Assembly: GCA_003427395.1 (NCBI GenBank)
Contig: BFEA01000012.1
Location: 1,035,059-1,099,058 of the forward strand
Reading direction: 5' to 3'
Source: Chara braunii
Taxonomy: Eukaryota > Plantae > Charophyceae
Length of the DNA: 64,000 bases
The translations under genes and the position numbers were made by a program. Within the stretch, counting starts at the first letter, position 1, and every line of letters starts with the position of its first letter. Below the pieces are notes generated by a model. That model was not told the origin of the DNA. It was given only the letters and a program-made list of their open reading frames with translations, and searched no databases. This document shows positions 13,161-25,000 of the stretch, in pieces.

Positions 13161-15130
13161 AACCTCATATCACCCCTTACTCGAACCTTTATTGAACTAA
13201 CCCTCGACTCATCTCTGGTCAGCACCAGAAATAAATGAAAATTTTGGCACCATCCCCCTGAGCCAGCCTCCTAACACTGATGTCACAAAGAGCACTCGCT
13301 GTAACATAAACTGTTGCTGCCGTTACCAACAGCGCCCACTATGACCAGCACTGCTGCTGCGACGACATCTGCGTGCTTTTGTCATTTTCTTCTTGCTTTC
13401 ACAACTGATCAATATTCACTTGTATTCAAACATTTTGTACGGGCAGAAAACGGCAAAAGGGCGGAGTGGGACCCTCCAGCCTTTGGCAAACACTTTTGTT
13501 GTGTATGTAACGTATCCGACCCCATACGCGTCCATGCGTGAAAAAGCGCTGCTGTGAGGAGGGCCTAAGCTGCGACCGTTATGTACTTGTGTTCGAACAT
13601 GTGCCGCCACACTTCCCAATGCTCGTTCCCTGCACAAAGGGGGGCCGGGCTCTAGTCGTGCCAATGGTTTGTCATGGGCCCGGCGGCTGCATCAGTCAAC
13701 GGACCAACGGATAGCCGGAAAAGAGCAAACCCAGCCCCTCAACACCATCATCATTACGATTACTGTGGAAATCGGTGCCATATAGATATAGATAGATAAT
13801 ATAGATATAGATATAGATTTCATACACTACAGTTAGCAAGGGTTATTGGCGTTCAATTTATGATACGGCTTAAATGATTAAAATCCCTTGCCTCACAAAT
13901 TCACCTGGTCCACCACCTCCCCTACTGTCATATAGTAGTCCATTAGGTCCTTTGAGAATAATTCCCAAAAGGATTCCCTAACTTTCATGGGAATGAGTGG
14001 ATTCCAGGTGTTTCTCGTCCTCGATGTGAAGGAGGGCAGTCCAGATCTCTCTCTTTGAGATAGTAGCTCTTCCTACTCCTCTCAGTGTTCAGGAGAGAAG
14101 CTTTTGGCTAGGGGACCGTGGTTGGTTAAACTGATCCCAGCAAAAACTCACGAAAAAAGATAAGGCTGTTCACATTGCACTTGGCAAGTCCACAGTGGTT
14201 GCGACATGGAAAACGAAAAGACGAAAGTTCGAAGGTCTCGAGACCACTTGCGAACAGTCAGGTGTAGGCTGATATTGATGCTGCCCAGAGTGTGGCATGG
14301 TGGACTGCTGATGCAAAGTTCCAGGGCATGGTCGCACAAGGAGATTCTTGGATGAATTTGGCTGCAATCATGGCCATATACTCAATCAGAAGCAATGATG
14401 TGTGAGAGTGCCCTCATCTATATGGTTGGGATTTTGTCCTCCATCCATAGTGAACTTGACTGGATCAGTGGTCTGGAGAGTTGTGTGTTCCCATTGTTAT
14501 GGGTTTTTGTGGTGTATCTGAGATTGGCCCTTTCCTATGTGTACTTTTCATGATATGGTCTACATACAGATAAGTAACTGACACCACTTGATTTCCCATT
14601 GCAGGCGTATTGCTGAAGGTGAAGGGGTCAAGCCACTGTTATCTCTCAAATGTGTTTTTCCATTGACTAGCAGCATATCGTTGGAGATGTTGGGGGCAAC
14701 TATGTGAAGCTATCTTCATGCCTACGTTGTGGATAGGTTCTCTACATGAAGCTCACTATCCCGATGCCTCCTTTGCACACAGGTTCTCTACATGACGCTC
14801 ACTTTTCAAGTGCACTTGTTCAGTGTTTTCAGGCATACCTTGTATTCGCCAGGTATCACGGGATAGGAAAGACGCCTTAGCAGTGCATTTCTGTGTAGCA
14901 ACTATCAGACAGACGTTCCGACACAGAGCAGAGGGTGCTTGGGTCGGGGGAAGAGAGAGAGAGACAGAGAGAGAGACAGAGAGAGAGAGAGAGAGNNNNN
15001 NNNNNNNNNNNNNNNNNNNNNNNNNNNNNNNNNNNNNNNNNNNNNNNNNNNNNNNNNNNNNNNNNNNNNNNNNNNNNNNNNNNNNNNNNNNNNNNNNNNN
15101 NNNNNNNNNNNNNNNNNNNNNNNNNNNNNN

Positions 15131-15215
<85 letters not shown>

Positions 15216-15275
15216 CAGATAGACAGACAGACGGACAGACAGACAGGCACACACAGACAGAGACACAGAGCAATT

Positions 15276-17837
15276 ATGGCTAACACGGTTCATTTTTTCG
15301 GGGCACTTGTTGGTGTGGTGTGCATCATTTTTCTCTATGTTCATTGCCACATACCTGCCTCTCGGTCATCAGGGGGTAGCTATGACCTACCAGATACTCT
15401 CAAAAGGAGAATCGCCGTGATGCAAAGACGGAAACTTCAGGTGTCATCCAGCATGACCCCTGTTGTGGAGGTTGTAGATGGAACACTTCTTCAATATGGT
15501 GGTGATCTCCTTGCCTCTAGAGAAGACAAGCTCACAGAATATTTTGCGCCATTCATCTTTCAGGTAGTTGTTTCGCAAGACGAGAACACAGTCTACTACG
15601 TGGAAGCTATATTAAATGGCACACTTTCCGTACCTACCTTGCGATCTGCGGTAAGGCAAGTCGGAATGTCGTCACCAGGATCGACATCAGGAACAACAAT
15701 TCAAACTGTGGCTGGCCCATGGCCGCTTGATCAGGAACCATTCTCAACAAATTCCTCCCTCTTGATGGGCTTGTCGCTGGTGGACACCTCAACATTGCTC
15801 GTTGTGGACAGTGACAATGAGCTGATTCGCAAAATCAGCCTCAGTGTCAGGAATGCAGGGAATTTCACTCGGCTGAAAATGCCCAGATATTTAACAAAGC
15901 ACCCAACACTTCCCCAGATATTTGTTTCATCTGTTGATCGCATCATGACCGTCCCGCTGTCCTCTCCATCCAACTCTAGCGGAATTGCAATCACAACTCT
16001 TGCTGGTTTCAGTGGTCTGACTGGCTCTGTTCAAGACTATCTTGATAGCAGCAATGGTGCAGACGTCCGGTTCAATGGACCGATGCATGGACCGCGCTCA
16101 ATTTCTGGGAATGGGGACAGCCTGTATGTTGCGGATTCTGGAAACAATGTGCTACGTCGTGTGGATACTCAAACAGGAGCCACAGTCACTGTAGCTGGCA
16201 CTCGGTCTTCAGAAGGCCTCTCCATAGATGGCGATGCTTCATCTGCCCAATTGGGACTGCCCGAGGATGTGGCTGTGACATCTAACGGCTGCAATGTCTT
16301 TGTTGCTGAAGGTAGTGGTGCTATACGCTGGATAACACTTAATGAACCTAATGGGACCGCAATCAAGGTGAAAACAATTGTGACAGGTCAAGTGAAGGCT
16401 ACTTCCAAGTCGTCAAACATGGAATGGTTGTGCATAACTTTGACTCATGATGACAAGTTTTTGGTAGCTGGGACTGGAAGTGGAGGCATTTATTGGTTCA
16501 CACTGAACAGTTCACACCTTCACAACTGTAGTTCCACGACACCATCACCTGTGCCTCCAAGTCCTCGAAAGTCAACTACTACTAAAAGTTCCACCGTTGT
16601 TGCTGTTGCTGTTAGTTGTTCTGTTGCAGTTGTGGTGGTAGTCGGCATTATTGCAGCAATTTTCCTATTGAAGAGGAATTCGGAACAGAATCTGATGCAG
16701 CCTCTTGCCGGAGGAGGGGGTACTGGGGCAAGTATAACCGGGCCCACCGTATCATTCCCTTCTTATCTCGGTGGGCAACTGTTCTCAGTGCCCGCAGAGG
16801 GTATCCGTGAGTTTTCATTTCAGGAAATCCAGGCTGCAACCGAAGATCTCAATGACAAGTATTGTGTGCAACAGGGGGGTGCTTTCGGAAAACTTTACAG
16901 GGCTTTCTTGACGATTGACGGTGAGCGCCAGGATATGGCCATCAAAGTTATGAAGGGGGAAATGGACCACCACAAGTACAAGCAATTCTTGGCTGAGGTT
17001 CAGATGTTGAGCAAGGTGCGGCACAAAAACCTTTGCAGACTTGCTGGGTACTTTGTTGATCAGAACTTGTGCATTCTTGTGTACCCATTTATCGTGGGCG
17101 GCAGCCTGCATGATCGTCTGCATGGTACCGGGGAGCCTCTAACCTGCAGAGAGCGAATGTCTGTGGCAGAGCAAGTGGCCACGGGCTTACATTACCTGCA
17201 TCATGGCCTGGAGGAGCCAATACTGCATCGGGATATCAAGAGCCACAACCTGCTGGTGAAGGGCAAGGGGGAAGCCCTGCATGCGTACTTGATTGACTTT
17301 GGGCTTGCAAGACCTGGACCTTCAACGACGGACGATGGGAAGACCCTCGAAACAACACTAGGCGGCCAGACCGTGCTCACGCTGGTGGTATGCGGTACAC
17401 CTGGGTATATGGCCCCAGAATACCAACATGGCATGCAGCTAACTCCAAAGAACGATGTCTATGCGTTTGGGGCGGTATTGCTGGAGCTGGTTACAGGTCA
17501 GAAGGCACAGTGGAGAGGAGAGCAGAATGAGGTGATCAAACTCGTGGCATGGTGTCGGCAGTGGCTAACCTATCCCAATCTGACATATCAGCAATTTTCT
17601 GGCATGGTTGATGCAAAGCTGATGGGTTCCTTGAGGAATGAGGAATGGGATATGGTGTACAAGCTGGCAATGCTCGGCCACAAGTGCACAAGTGATCTTC
17701 TAGCGCACAGACCCGACATGAATGGTGTCATGGAAGAAATCCGGGGAATACAAAAATTAGGTGTTCATCATCGTGCAGCCTCCATGTCCCAGAGTGCAGG
17801 AACATCACAACCCTCAGGGGCAATGCATATGACATAG
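15276..17837 (+). CDS. Receptor-like kinase (RLK/Pelle) with an NHL-repeat/beta-propeller ectodomain, 853 aa, intronless
   Basis: N-terminal hydrophobic segment (FFGALVGVVCIIFLYV); NHL-like repeats (LLVVDSDNELIRKI, LYVADSGNNVLRRV, LGLPEDVAV..VFVAE); TM VVAVAVSCSVAVVVVVGIIAAIFLL. Kinase motifs are intact: GGAFG, AIK, HRDIKSHN, DFG, GTPGYMAPEY, DVYAFG. Confidence 0.93.
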   Translation: MANTVHFFGALVGVVCIIFLYVHCHIPASRSSGGSYDLPDTLKRRIAVMQRRKLQVSSSMTPVVEVVDGTLLQYGGDLLASREDKLTEYFAPFIFQVVVSQDENTVYYVEAILNGTLSVPTLRSAVRQVGMSSPGSTSGTTIQTVAGPWPLDQEPFSTNSSLLMGLSLVDTSTLLVVDSDNELIRKISLSVRNAGNFTRLKMPRYLTKHPTLPQIFVSSVDRIMTVPLSSPSNSSGIAITTLAGFSGLTGSVQDYLDSSNGADVRFNGPMHGPRSISGNGDSLYVADSGNNVLRRVDTQTGATVTVAGTRSSEGLSIDGDASSAQLGLPEDVAVTSNGCNVFVAEGSGAIRWITLNEPNGTAIKVKTIVTGQVKATSKSSNMEWLCITLTHDDKFLVAGTGSGGIYWFTLNSSHLHNCSSTTPSPVPPSPRKSTTTKSSTVVAVAVSCSVAVVVVVGIIAAIFLLKRNSEQNLMQPLAGGGGTGASITGPTVSFPSYLGGQLFSVPAEGIREFSFQEIQAATEDLNDKYCVQQGGAFGKLYRAFLTIDGERQDMAIKVMKGEMDHHKYKQFLAEVQMLSKVRHKNLCRLAGYFVDQNLCILVYPFIVGGSLHDRLHGTGEPLTCRERMSVAEQVATGLHYLHHGLEEPILHRDIKSHNLLVKGKGEALHAYLIDFGLARPGPSTTDDGKTLETTLGGQTVLTLVVCGTPGYMAPEYQHGMQLTPKNDVYAFGAVLLELVTGQKAQWRGEQNEVIKLVAWCRQWLTYPNLTYQQFSGMVDAKLMGSLRNEEWDMVYKLAMLGHKCTSDLLAHRPDMNGVMEEIRGIQKLGVHHRAASMSQSAGTSQPSGAMHMT

Positions 17838-20242
17838 CAGCAGGCATGTATAGGCATAACACTGTTATGATTTAACATATCCTAGCTTGTCTGAGAGAGG
17901 TGGTTTGGAGTTTGCTGGGGGTGCTCATTTTGATGTCTTAGGTGTGCTATTGTGCACTCAATAGACGAGCGGTCGAAAATAGTTCAGAATACACAGTATT
18001 GATTGCCAAGCCAAGCACTTGTCAACATGTGAGATTCTTGATTGATTGCTAATATGCTACTTGCTTGGCTAGCCAAGGCTGGAAAGCGAAACAAAATAAC
18101 GTTAATAAACTGAGTGCCAGTCAATATGGCTGTACGGATCACTTACACCGCAAGGGTACTGGTGGCTGAAGAAAGGACCGGAGCTGCGATGGTTAGGACC
18201 AGACGTGAGAGTGGCCAAAATGCAATCGCTGCTATATAGGCGGGGAGGGAAAGGGTCAGAACCACCTGAGAAATACCAGGTGGGAGCGAAGATGCTCCAG
18301 GTATCAGAGGCGGTATGGATGACACTGCCATTCCCAAGAAATGTGATGAGGCGCTCTGGCAGGTTGCAAAGGTAAGCTTGCAGAGGAGCTGTCTTGCTTG
18401 GTTGGGGACTCAGATAACGTGTTTGTGTGGGGGATGGGGGTTGGGGGTGGAGGATGGGGGATGGGGGATGAGTGTGGAGGCGGAAAATTTATCGTTTGAT
18501 ACCCAGGATGGTATACGTTCTCCTCGGCACATCTTCAATTGCTGTTAGAGTTGCGGGTGTGGTGAAGGTGGTGTTTGAGTCTGCATAAGCACTTGTCTTC
18601 TATCCCATTGTCGGTTTGTGACAGAGGTGCAGGGCAGTGAAGTTAGTATGTGAGTCTGCATATAAGGCTTAATAATAAGCTCTTTTCTTTTTGTTTTCTT
18701 TTTCTTTGTTTGAAGATTGGGTCGCTATAATTAAATGGTTGTGTTGCCGTCAAAATCAGTAAGCCCTGCATCTACCATTCGATTTGGACGAACAATATTC
18801 TTTTTCTCTTTTTCCTTTTTTATGCAAGGAAGATGAGCAATAGCGAATTCCCGAACTCAACAGCATCATACCAGAGTGACCAAATAGCCATGACCTCGAA
18901 CCATAAGCAGAATGACATCACAAGTTATACCAAATAAGAACACAGCAATAGTTCATNNNNNNNNNNNNNNNNNNNNNNNNNNNNNNNNNNNNNNNNNNNN
19001 NNNNNNNNNNNNNNNNNNNNNNNNNNNNNNNNNNNNNNNNNNNNNNNNNNNNNNNNNNNNNNNNNNNNNNNNNNNNNNNNNNNNNNNNNNNNNNNNNNNN
19101 NNNNNNNNNNNNNNNNNNNNNNNNNNNNNNNNNNNNNNNNNNNNNNNNNNNNNNNNNNNNNNNNNNNNNNNNNNNNNNNNNNNNNNNNNNNNNNNNNNNN
19201 NNNNNNNNNNNNNNNNNNNNNNNNNNNNNNNNNNNNNNNNNNNNNNNNNNNNNNNNNNNNNNNNNNNNNNNNNNNNNNNNNNNNNNNNNNNNNNNNNNNN
19301 NNNNNNNNNNNNNNNNNNNNNNNNNNNNNNNNNNNNNNNNNNNNNNNNNNNNNNNNNNNNNNNNNNNNNNNCCAAGAAGCTTCCAGTAGGCCCCGGTAGC
19401 CTGAGGCCCAGTCACGAGGAATACAGGCAGTGGGCCTGAAGTAGTTACTTGTGCCCAACTGCTTTCGGCCTGTGCTTGGCCCGGTCCCCGTACCCAGCCC
19501 AGGGCCTGCTTTACATTCATTCACATGGGCGGCCCAGGGCCTGAGTTCATTCAACCAACTGATGCTGTGCAACTGCCTGAATTTCCCCATTTGCGGGGGT
19601 ACCCTGAAAGTGAGGCCCTGAGGGCCTGTCGTGCCTGCCTTCACTTAGGGCGGCCGTCCTTGTTGCAAATAAGGCCCGTAGGGCTAAGCGGGCATAGCCT
19701 CGCATTTACTTGAAAGGCATGGTAAACATTCTTTTATCTGCCCTTGAGATGTGAGTTTTTAACTTTGTGTTCTTCTGTCTGACTTTTTCATCAACTCCCA
19801 TGAAAAGAGGGAATCCCCTGTATACGGATCTCTCTCCAGGTCTTGCTCCTAAACTTTCGCCTCCCTCTTTCTTCTCCTCCTGCTTTCCTTGTCATTTGTA
19901 TCCTCACCTCCCTTTTCTTCCCTCCCTCCTTCCCTCCTCTTCATTTCATTTTGTTTGTGTCCACTGTCCTCGTCTCCCTTTTCTTTCAAGCTTCCCCCTT
20001 CCCCGCTCCTTCGTTGTTCTTCTTGTTTATTTTGCTTTCATTCTTTTCTTTATATGAGCAACGACCATGGGATATCATCACACAACTGACCTGCCCCAGG
20101 TAATTCAGAAATCATTCAACTAGTTCCATGTGGATTTGAGCTCATGTCTGGCCTTCAACAGTTCATGGGTGTGTTTCTCCTGTATTTCATTTTTAATCCT
20201 TTCCCTCATTCCTGTTAATCTTTATTCTTGTCTCTCATTCTT

Positions 20243-20506
20243 TATATCAGCTTATGTGTATGAGGTTCATTCCTGTATATCAGCTTACGTGAATTGCGTT
20301 CATTCCTGTATATCAGCTACATGTATTAGGTTCATTCCTGTATATCAGCTTACGTGTATTAGGTTCATTCCTGTATATCAGCTTACGTGTATTAGGTTCA
20401 TTCCTGTATATCAGCGTACATGTATTAGGTTCATTACTGTATATCAGCTTACGTGTATTAGGTTCATTCCTGTATATCAGCTTACGTGTATTAGGTTCAT
20501 TCCTGC
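20243..20506. repeat. 33-bp minisatellite, ~8 copies
   Basis: Unit TTCATTCCTGTATATCAGCTTACGTGTATTAGG, bracketed by a ~50-bp direct repeat (20207-20260 / 20523-20577). Confidence 0.9.
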
Positions 20507-20926
20507 ACTAGGTTCTTTGCATCATTCCTGTTAATCTTTCTTCTTGTCTGTCATTCTTTATATCAGCTTGCGTGTAGAAGATAGCGGTTTTCTTCTCTGC
20601 ATTTTCAACATTCATGTTTCACATCTGTAACCGCACGTTTAGATCGGGTTTCTTTATTCTTTGTGATCTTGCTTATTTGTGATCAGGTCTACCTTCTTAA
20701 TAGCTGTTTTCTTCTTTTCAATCCTTCCTTTCTTTCTCTCTTCCTAGGTCGGACTCCGGTCTTCACTCTCTCACGCTCTTCCTCTTTCCTACTCTTTCGT
20801 TGTTCCTTTGTTCCTTGTCTTTCGTGAACTTCTGGTTCCTTTTTCCCTTTTGTATTCCTCGTTCTTCCCTTTCTCTTTGTGTTAGTGTCTAGTACTGTCT
20901 ACAGTTCTAGTTTTTGTGTCTTCTTT

Positions 20927-21015
<89 letters not shown>

Positions 21016-21306
21016 NNNNNNNNNNNNNNNNNNNNNNNNNNNNNNNNNNNNNNNNNNNNNNNNNNNNNNNNNNNNNNNNNNNNNNNNNNNNNNNNNNNNN
21101 NNNNNNNNNNNNNNNNNNNNNNNNNNNNNNNNNNNNNNNNNNNNNNNNNNNNNNNNNNNNNNNNNNNNNNNNNNNNNNNNNNNNNNNNNNNNNNNNNNNN
21201 NNNNNNNNNNNNNNNNNNNNNNNNNNNNNNNNNNNNNNNNNNNNNNNNNNNNNNNNNNNNNNNNNNNNNNNNNNNNNNNNNNNNNNNNNNNNNNNNNNNN
21301 NNNNNN

Positions 21307-21349
<43 letters not shown>

Positions 21350-21414
21350 CATAAAACTCCACAATCACACACAAACACACGTACTCACACACACGCACAA
21401 TACACCAACACAGA

Positions 21415-21820
21415 CACGGCAAACAAACAAAATACCACGCTACGTACACAGCACTCCTACACACTGTACCATAGGACCACAACAGTATAAAACCCCAAAA
21501 CAAATCCAAAATATCAGCCAGCAATTAACAAACACGACAGTATAAAACCCCAAAACAAATCCAAAATGTCAGCCAGCAATTAACGAACTTACTTCACCCA
21601 TCCCATAAACCAAACCTGTGCCCCACCCACTGGCCCCAGACACACACGGCAAACAAACAACACACCACGCTATGTACACAGTACTCCTACACATTTGTAC
21701 CATAGGACCACAACAGTATAAAACCCCAAAACAAATCCAAAACATCAGCCGAAAATTAACGAACTTACTTCACCCATCCCATAAACCAAACTTGTGCCCA
21801 CCCACCGGCCCCAGACACAC
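21415..21820 (+). repeat. Tandem duplications of A/C-rich sequence upstream of the + strand LINE ORF2
   Basis: CAGTATAAAACCCCAAAACAAATCCAAAA occurs three times, and longer blocks are repeated at ~21415-21645 and ~21645-21820. Confidence 0.75.
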
Positions 21821-22069
21821 CCCCCTCAAGGCACAGACACACCCGGACCACACGAGACTGAGGCAGCAGTGGACTGCAAACGAACCCCAAACACTAATTA
21901 AATCATGTCCACACAAGCAAAACACACTGCAGCATCCAAGTCAAGAAGACAACCAAGGAAAAGGAAAAAAGAAAAAAAGAATAAAGAGGGGGAGGATGAA
22001 TCAGACAATGTCGAGGCTCACGAACACTAGATGTGGACAAGGCAACCCACCAAAGACCAACTGGCATGC

Positions 22070-25000
22070 CAAGGACCTCCAAATACTCTGCTGGAACGTC
22101 AGTGGTCTAGGGAATGTCTTAGCCGAGGAAGATAAAATCAGGGACATTCGGCTCGGTCTGACAGGAAAAGATCATCCCAAACCCGATGTGATACTACTTC
22201 AAAAGACGCACCTATCAAATCTTAACAACCACACCCGAATATAGAAAACCGTGGAAAAGACAGTTGGTGGGTGTGCCTTTGCCCGATGGTCCAACAAAGA
22301 GGGTCTGAGTATGAAAGGAACAACAATTCTCATACCAAGGACGTCCAAAATTCCGATTGAAGGTCAAATCTTGAACAGCAAGGGTAGATGGTCATGGTTA
22401 GACATAAGATGGCAAGACGAAGAGTTGAGGATCCTCAACCTGTACGCACCCAACGCAGAACCCGAACGACTGATTTTCTTTGAGAACATCAAACCTCTTA
22501 TCCCCAACCCGCAACCGGTTATCATCGCAGGGGATTGGAACACAACTATGGACCCCAACTTGGATCAAATCTCTAGGACACTTATATTGGGTCCCACAAG
22601 AGCAGGAACCTGGATACGGAATCTGATGATAGAATAGGAACTCATCGATCCGTTTAGGAGGCTACATCCGGACAAAAAAGCCTTCTTTCGGATTAGAAAG
22701 AACCTAGTCAATCAGACTTCATTGTCCAGGATCGATTACTTCCTGATCTCTGAGAGCCTGCAAGGTGCAATCAAGGAAGTTGAAATATGTCTTTCGGCTG
22801 CCTTCAAAGGACTGGACCACAAGCCCATTGAACTGCTGATCAATTTCAACTCACCACTCAAAACAGGACAGGGTTTTTTCAGGCTTGCCATAAAAAAAAA
22901 AACTTAATAAAAAGATTCCTCGTTGCGAATCTGTGGCAAAGGTTGAACAACTCCCTCCTAGTGACCGAGAGGCTGTCCATAGCGGTCAAAGAAAATTGGT
23001 CAATCCAAAAACAGTGAGAATTCAGATAGACGATCAGGCACCAATGGTTCATCGACAGTTACGTAGACCTAACACAAATAGTATCAACAGAATCACGGGG
23101 CATAGCAGGGGATAGCAAAAGGAGAAGGGAACTCCAATCCGCCATCTCAGTCGGAAGTTAACCTAGCAGAGCACCCTTCCAGCAAGTTCTACAAGGATCT
23201 ACTAGCTGATACCAAAGAGGAACTAAATGAATGGAGAAGATGAAACTTGAGAGGACATCAAATACGCGCCAGGATGACGAACTACACACTCAATGAAACC
23301 ATGACTAAATTTTTCTTCTCCAGAATCAAAGCGAACGGCGGGAATAACATGATAGAGGCCCTCAAAGACCCAACAGATCAAGGAAATGTCAAAACAACAG
23401 GTACAAAGATGGTCACGATAGCCAGGACATTATGCGCAGATCTATACGAGTCAAAGATGCCTTCACCACTGACCCCAACAAACCTAAAGGTTTGTCAACA
23501 CATGATGTCGTACCTAGACAAAACGATCTCGACAGCTCAAGCGGAAGGCATGGACAAACCCTAACCCTGGCTGAGCTACACGTAGCCCTGACCCAGATGG
23601 GAAATGACAAAGCTCTGGGCATCGACGGCCTTTCGAAAGAATTTTGGAATTACTTCTCGCCGACTTTAGGAGAGGACCTGCTCGAGTTTTTCAACGACAA
23701 CAGGCTAAAGGGAGGCCTAGGCAAGGAACTAAGCACCAGCGTGGTATCTCTGCTACACAAAAAGCGAGACAAAGAGCACCTGAAAAACCGTAGACCCATA
23801 TCACTCCTCACCACTCCCTACAAAATCCTCGCTAAGGCCCTTGCAAACAGAATCACAAAGCTAACAAACAAATGATTTCATATCGACCAAGCAGGCTTTA
23901 TCCCTGACCGGTACATACTAAATAACGTGATGGGACTAAATGAGGCAGCAAAGAAGATCAAGGAAAAACGAATGAAGGCAGCAATCCTACTTTTTGACTT
24001 CGAAAAGGCATACGATCAGGTCAATTGGGACTTCCTGCATGCCTGCATGGAGAAAATGGGGGTAGGCCCCAAGTTCAGAGAATGGGATAGAGTCCTCTAT
24101 TCAAACGCAACAAGCAGAGTTCAGGTCAATAGGATTCTTTCAAAGACCTACTCGATCTCGAGATCAGTTAGACAAGGCGACCCATTGGCCCCGCCCATCT
24201 TCCTCTTCATTATGGAAGCCATAGCCTCCTTCCTTCNNNNNNNNNNNNNNNNNNNNNNNNNNNNNNNNNNNNNNNNNNNNNNNNNNNNNNNNNNNNNNNN
24301 NNNNNNNNNNNNNNNNNNNNNNNNNNNNNNNNNNNNNNNNNNNNNNNNNNNNNNNNNNNNNNNNNNNNNNNNNNNNNNNNNNNNNNNNNNNNNNNNNNNN
24401 NNNNNNNNNNNNNNNNNNNNNNNNNNNNNNNNNNNNNNNNNNNNNNNNNNNNNNNNNNNNNNNNNNNNNNNNNNNNNNNNNNNNNNNNNNNNNNNNNNNN
24501 NNNNNNNNNNNNNNNNNNNNNNNNNNNNNNNNNNNNNNNNNNNNNNNNNNNNNNNNNNNNNNNNNNNNNNNNNNNNNNNNNNNNNNNNNNNNNNNNNNNN
24601 NNNNNNNNNNNNNNNNNNNNNNNNNNNNNNNNNNNNNNNNNNNNNNNNNNNNNNNNNNNNNNNNNNNNNNNNNNNNNNNNNNNNNNNNNNNNNNNNNNNN
24701 NNNNNNNNNNNNNNNNNNNNNNNNNNNNNNNNNNNNNNNNNCCAACAACTGCTCATTCCAAGCCCTCGTAAGAGCAATGGAGGCCTTCAGACTAGCATCG
24801 GAAATTAAGGTCAATTGGGGTAAAACCGAAGGATAGTGGCTAGCAGACGTGACCCCACCCCAACCGGTTGATACAACCACACCCATGTCATGGTCTACAA
24901 GAGATCAGATACTAAGATTCCTTGGTATTGATAAACAAGGACGGAGTCTGGCCAGGCATGGGCCAAAACCTAGTCGTCAGGGCAATCACTCGCATGGCCA

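Noticed and set aside
14823-15275. N-terminal extension of the 1004-aa kinase ORF
   Set aside because: It runs through GA microsatellite and an N gap. The real start is the ATG at 15276, which precedes the hydrophobic leader.
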